The notes under the pieces: generated by a model
Databases searched by the model: none
What the model was told of the DNA's origin: nothing
The model's input: only the letters and a program-made list of their open reading frames with translations
From: Candidatus Poribacteria bacterium
Lineage (GTDB): Bacteria; Poribacteria; WGA-4E; WGA-3G
NCBI GenBank assembly: GCA_965214095.1
Contig: OZ243938.1
Location: 4,416,001 to 4,480,000 of the forward strand
Reading direction: 5' to 3'
Length of the DNA: 64,000 bases
Program-made: the position numbers and the translations under genes
Part shown: piece after piece, positions 61,030 to 64,000 of the stretch
Numbering within the stretch: the first letter of the stretch is position 1
Layout of the letters: every line of letters starts with the position of its first letter

Positions 61030-62130
61030 ATGAAAAAGTCATTACCACTCTTTGCATTAGCACTGTTGATGTTGATTGGATTCGGTTGTGGTTCAACGGA
61101 AGACCCAATCGATGAACCTGAAGAGGTGCAATTAGAACTTGGCAAACTTCAGGTGCAGATAGAATCAATTGAAGGGGTTACAATTCATGTCCGTCTATTG
61201 AAAGATGGTCAACTCATTGCACAAACAGATTCTGATGCAGATTATGACCTTGGTGATATAGAAAAAGGTCAATATACTGTTGAAATTTCTGCAAAAGGAT
61301 ATGAAACAACAGAATTAAATGTAGAAATTGTGTCTGGTGAAACCAACGTGTTAGATAAAGTAACACTCTCACCTTTAGAAGTACCTGTTTCTCATTTGAA
61401 TGGCATATTAACTGATGAAAAAACTGGGAATGTATTAGTTGATGTTCTCGTCCAACTTACTGACGAATCTGGTGAAGAGTATGAAACCTTGACTTCTGAT
61501 GAAGGTGCTTTTACCTTTGAAAATCTACCGGTTGATCAATCATTCACTCTAACAATTAGTCAGGTAGGATACGAAGATCAAGAAGTTTCTATAGACGCAA
61601 TTGGTGCAGATGAGACCCTTGAAATAGATGTAGAACTTACGGCTATTCTCGAACCAGAAATATTGGGTCCAGGTGAAGGCTTAAGTGTCGGCAGCCAAGC
61701 ACCTGATTTTGAGTTGCCTGACAGCAATAATCAACCACGGGCACTTGCCGATTTTATTGACAACATGAAGGCAGTGATTGTCTTTTACCGTGGAGGGTGG
61801 TGACCGTTTTGCGTTGACCAACTCGGAGAGTTGCAAGATGATTATAACAACATAAAATCTAAAGGGGCAGAACTCGTCGTTATCAGTTCCGATACCGTCG
61901 CAGCATCAAAACAGACTGTTGATAAAAAGGCACTTAAGTTCGCTGTACTCGCTGATAGTGAAAAGAAGACGATTGCAGATTACAATGTCGTTGATCCAAA
62001 CAACAAACATATTGCCCGTCCTGCCACATATATAATTGATCAGAATGGTATAGTTGCATGGAAATTCCTTGATCAACGCTTAGGTCATCGCATTCCAACT
62101 GAAGACATTCTTGATCAGTTGGGTAAATAG
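61030..62130 (+). CDS. Putative selenoprotein: lipoprotein with two carboxypeptidase-regulatory-like beta-sandwich domains plus a peroxiredoxin-like (AhpC/TSA) domain, motif W-U-P-F-C (366 aa)
   Basis: ORFs 61030..61803 and 61831..62130 are in frame across one TGA (61801-61803): APDFELPD..VIVFYRGGW*PFCVDQLGELQ..VVISSD..ARPATYIIDQNG. Lipobox FGC. Confidence 0.9.
61819..61833 (+). promoter_or_regulatory. Putative bacterial SECIS apical hairpin 1
   Basis: CAACTC-GGA-GAGTTG starting at +16 after UGA. Confidence 0.75.
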
Positions 62131-62172
62131 AAAGATCTATTAGGTATGTTTTCATCTATGAGGTAGCAAGAA

Positions 62173-63291
62173 ATGAAAAATATGTCGATATTTATCATAA
62201 TACCTTTATTACTTTTTTCCACAATCGGATGTGAGACTACAGAAAATCCGATCAGCGAAATACCAGAAGTAGAAACTACAACCGGTGTTCTGCATGGAAA
62301 AGTATCAACAAGTGTTGATGAGACAATCCAAGTCCGTTTGTTAAAGGATGGTGAAATTGTCGCACAGATGGAAGGTGATGGTGGATTCACACTCAGGAAA
62401 ATTGAAGCTGGAGAGTATACTTTACGCATTTCAGCGCAAGGCTTTCAAGATACTGAACTCAAAGTTACAGTCATAGCAGGCGAAACAGTTACTTTGGATA
62501 CTATCACACTTGAAGAATTGTCAGGACCTGTCTCACATATTATTGGACTTATTCGTAACAATAGGACTGGAATTCGTCTGCCAGCGATACTCGTTCAACT
62601 TACTGATCAGGATGGAAAACAGGACGAGACTTTGTCCTCAGATGAGGGTATATTCAATTTTAATAATCTTCCTACTCGACAGAAGTTTACCTTGACTATT
62701 GAAGATGCAGACTATGAAATACATGAAATATCAATAGATCCAATATCTGCCGATGAAACTGAGAAATTGAATGTAAAGTTAACACCAGTTGGAATTGGAG
62801 ACAGGGAAATTGAACCTGAGGAACCTGGAGAAGGGTTACCTATTTTTACAAAAGCACCAGATTTTGAATTGCCAGACGGTGACCGGAAAATGCATTCATT
62901 GTACGATGCTCTTGATGAAGGAAAAAATGTTATTATTGTCTTTTACATAGGTGGTGACTGACTTGCATGTAAGACGCAACTCGGTGAGTTGCAAAAGAAT
63001 TATCAATTGATTCAATCAAAAAATGCTGAATTATTTGCTATTAGTGTTGAAGATATTCCAACAACAAAAAGGACAGTTGTGGATGAAAATCTTGAGTTCC
63101 CTGTACTCTCCGATTTAGACCTTGAAGCGGTTAAAACTTACAATGTAGAAAACCAAGAATTTCCTGGTTTTCCACGAGCATCCACATTTCTTCTTGAATC
63201 TGATGGTACGATCGTTTGGAAATCGCTTGATACTGTTGATAGACGAGTGTCAACAGCAATAATCATGAAAGAATTAGGAAAACTTTGGTAG
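62173..63291 (+). CDS. Putative selenoprotein paralog: lipoprotein with beta-sandwich domains plus an AhpC/TSA domain, motif D-U-L-A-C (372 aa)
   Basis: In frame across TGA 62959-62961: APDFELPD..IIVFYIGGD*LACKTQLGELQ..LFAISVE..FPVLSD..RASTFLL. Lipobox IGC. Confidence 0.88.
62976..62992 (+). promoter_or_regulatory. Putative bacterial SECIS apical hairpin 2
   Basis: GCAACTC-GGT-GAGTTGC at the same offset from UGA. Confidence 0.75.
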
Positions 63292-63358
63292 CTCTTCTGT
63301 CATTAATGGGAAATGGATAATCCATATCTGTCATGATTCAAAAGAAAGGATTAGATAT

Positions 63359-63961
63359 ATGAGACAAACTTGTATGCACCTTGTATTAGCACTATTGATA
63401 TTTAGTGTTTTAAGTTGTGGTTCAACTGACAATCCAGTAGATAGTTCTAAAGAAATTGATCCTATTACAGTTGCAGAAACGGAAGCAGAAGCAGAATTAG
63501 GAGAAGGTTTAGTAATTGGCACACACGCACCTGATTTTCAATTGTCCGATGGAGATGGTAATATCCACACACTGTCAGAACATCTTGAAAACGGCAAACA
63601 TGTGGTAATTGTCTTTTACAGAACGGGTGGCTGAACGTTATGCACAACCCAACTCGTTGAGTTGCAAGATAATTACGAAGAAATCAAAAGCAATAATGCA
63701 GAACTATTTGCTATCAGTTCTGAAAATGTTAGTATTACAAAGAAAACTACTGAGAATGAAGGACTCACGTATTCTGTTCTTGCAGACACCTATAAAGATA
63801 CTATCAACGCATATAATGTCTTGGATCAAACTAACGAAACAATTGCAAGACCAGCAGCATATATTATTGCTCAGGATGGAACGGTTGCGTGGAAGTCGCT
63901 TGATTCTTTTTCTAATCGTGTACCTACCGCTACCATTCTAAGGGAATTAGGTAAACTCTGA
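63359..63961 (+). CDS. Putative selenoprotein paralog: lipoprotein with an AhpC/TSA domain only, motif G-U-T-L-C (200 aa)
   Basis: In frame across TGA 63632-63634: APDFQLSD..VIVFYRTGG*TLCTTQLVELQ..LFAISSE..ARPAAYII. Lipobox VLSC. Confidence 0.88.
63650..63664 (+). promoter_or_regulatory. Putative bacterial SECIS apical hairpin 3
   Basis: CAACTC-GTT-GAGTTG starting at +16 after UGA. Confidence 0.72.
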
Positions 63962-64000
63962 TGAATACTACCGACAAAGTAATTGCAGACATCATGTCTG
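63961..64000 (+). CDS. Possible start of the next gene (partial)
   Basis: TGATG overlap with the previous stop; MNTTDKVIADIMS stays open to the window edge. Confidence 0.35.
   Translation, partial: MNTTDKVIADIMS

Noticed and set aside
61831-63961. ORFs 61831..62130, 62989..63291 and 63662..63961 as independent genes
   Set aside because: Each starts at a TTG inside the hairpin, lacks the first half of the thioredoxin fold, and is in frame with the upstream ORF.
1-64000. Genome-wide UGA reassignment (genetic code 4 or 25)
   Set aside because: TGA ends many complete genes, often in ATGA overlaps (18817, 40329, 46542, 50229, 63961). In-frame TGA appears only at the three redox motifs.

Overview
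AT-rich bacterial chromosome segment with about 45 CDS. I saw no rRNA, tRNA, cas or transposase genes. The gene content resembles Candidatus Poribacteria (inference): six tandem WD40 proteins sharing an N-terminal LPxGAxxRLGKG motif, five LamG proteins ending in KLATTWGxIK, PhyH, Gfo/Idh/MocA and CRTAC1/TPR genes. The main result is at 61030-63961. Three tandem lipoprotein genes, each split in two by the ORF track, are really single peroxiredoxin-like (AhpC/TSA) genes. Each has an in-frame TGA at the first position of a U-x-x-C redox motif, and each has the same CAACTC-GNN-GAGTTG hairpin starting at +16 after the TGA. They are therefore probable selenoproteins with a SECIS element, and two carry extra beta-sandwich domains. 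Other notable items: eukaryote-type NAD synthetase and xylulokinase; an ECF sigma-WD40 fusion with its own ECF-type promoter and an internal start; a 508-bp non-coding TIR element with a perfect 9-bp target duplication; a 114-bp CRISPR-leader-like element present twice without an array; several REP/MITE families; and a frameshifted LamG gene.
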